From Alkalimonas mucilaginosa (GTDB lineage: Bacteria; Pseudomonadota; Gammaproteobacteria; Enterobacterales; Alteromonadaceae): a stretch of DNA of 24,000 nt. The stretch spans positions 324,170 to 348,169 of the forward strand of contig NZ_JAUGZK010000004.1 in the NCBI RefSeq assembly GCF_036327005.1, written 5' to 3'. Made by a program: the position numbers and the translations under genes. This document shows, in pieces, positions 23,967 through 24,000 of this stretch. Position 1 is the stretch's first letter. Each line of letters starts with the position of its first letter. The notes under the pieces were generated by a model. It worked only from the letters and a program-made list of their open reading frames with translations. It made no database searches and was not told where the DNA came from.

Positions 23967-24000
23967 TAAATTCTCACCTCGGTTTATCTGGTCAGTCAGC

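Noticed and set aside
1-24000. Scan for CRISPR arrays, IS elements/transposases, integrases, rRNA and prophage genes
   Set aside because: I saw no regularly spaced 25-40-nt repeats, no DDE/tyrosine-recombinase-like ORFs and no rRNA-like sequence. The only RNA gene is the tRNA at 19654-19730.

Overview
This looks like a chromosomal segment from a gammaproteobacterium, judged from the sigma-70, DnaG and S21 sequences. All homology calls are from reading the translations and recalling family signatures; no searches were run.

**Right end (19.9-24.0 kb, minus strand):** the classical rpsU-dnaG-rpoD macromolecular-synthesis operon, followed by a CAU-anticodon tRNA that looks like tRNA-Ile2 (ileX-like).

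**AT-rich stretch (about 15.05-19.65 kb):** it directly abuts the 3' end of that tRNA. Single 60-nt lines hand-count to about 37-42% G+C here, against about 52-67% in the flanks. It carries four orphan genes:
- a response regulator with an AraC output domain and a degenerate kinase-ATPase-like N-domain
- a 501-aa lipoprotein
- a small membrane protein
- a 171-aa cytosolic protein of unknown family

I found no integrase or transposase and no convincing att repeat.

**Left 15 kb (GC-richer):** TerB-like (partial), MtfA-like M90 peptidase, a LiaF/DUF1707-like protein, lipocalin Blc, a DUF2805/TIGR03643-like protein, a coupled thymidine-phosphorylase-like plus PRPP-synthetase-like pair, an MCP, a membrane GGDEF cyclase, a periplasmic thioredoxin-CcdA pair, and DUF502. 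It also holds an AraC regulator divergent from a DinB-like gene, an NRDE/TANGO2::acyltransferase fusion, and an OlsB-like N-acyltransferase.

**Best candidates for something undescribed:**
1. The NRDE/TANGO2-acyltransferase fusion operon, a putative aminolipid module.
2. The tRNA-adjacent AT-rich islet, especially its self-contained membrane-protein plus unknown-protein cassette.
3. The nucleoside-phosphorylase-like / PRS-like pair.

No CRISPR array, rRNA or IS element was seen.
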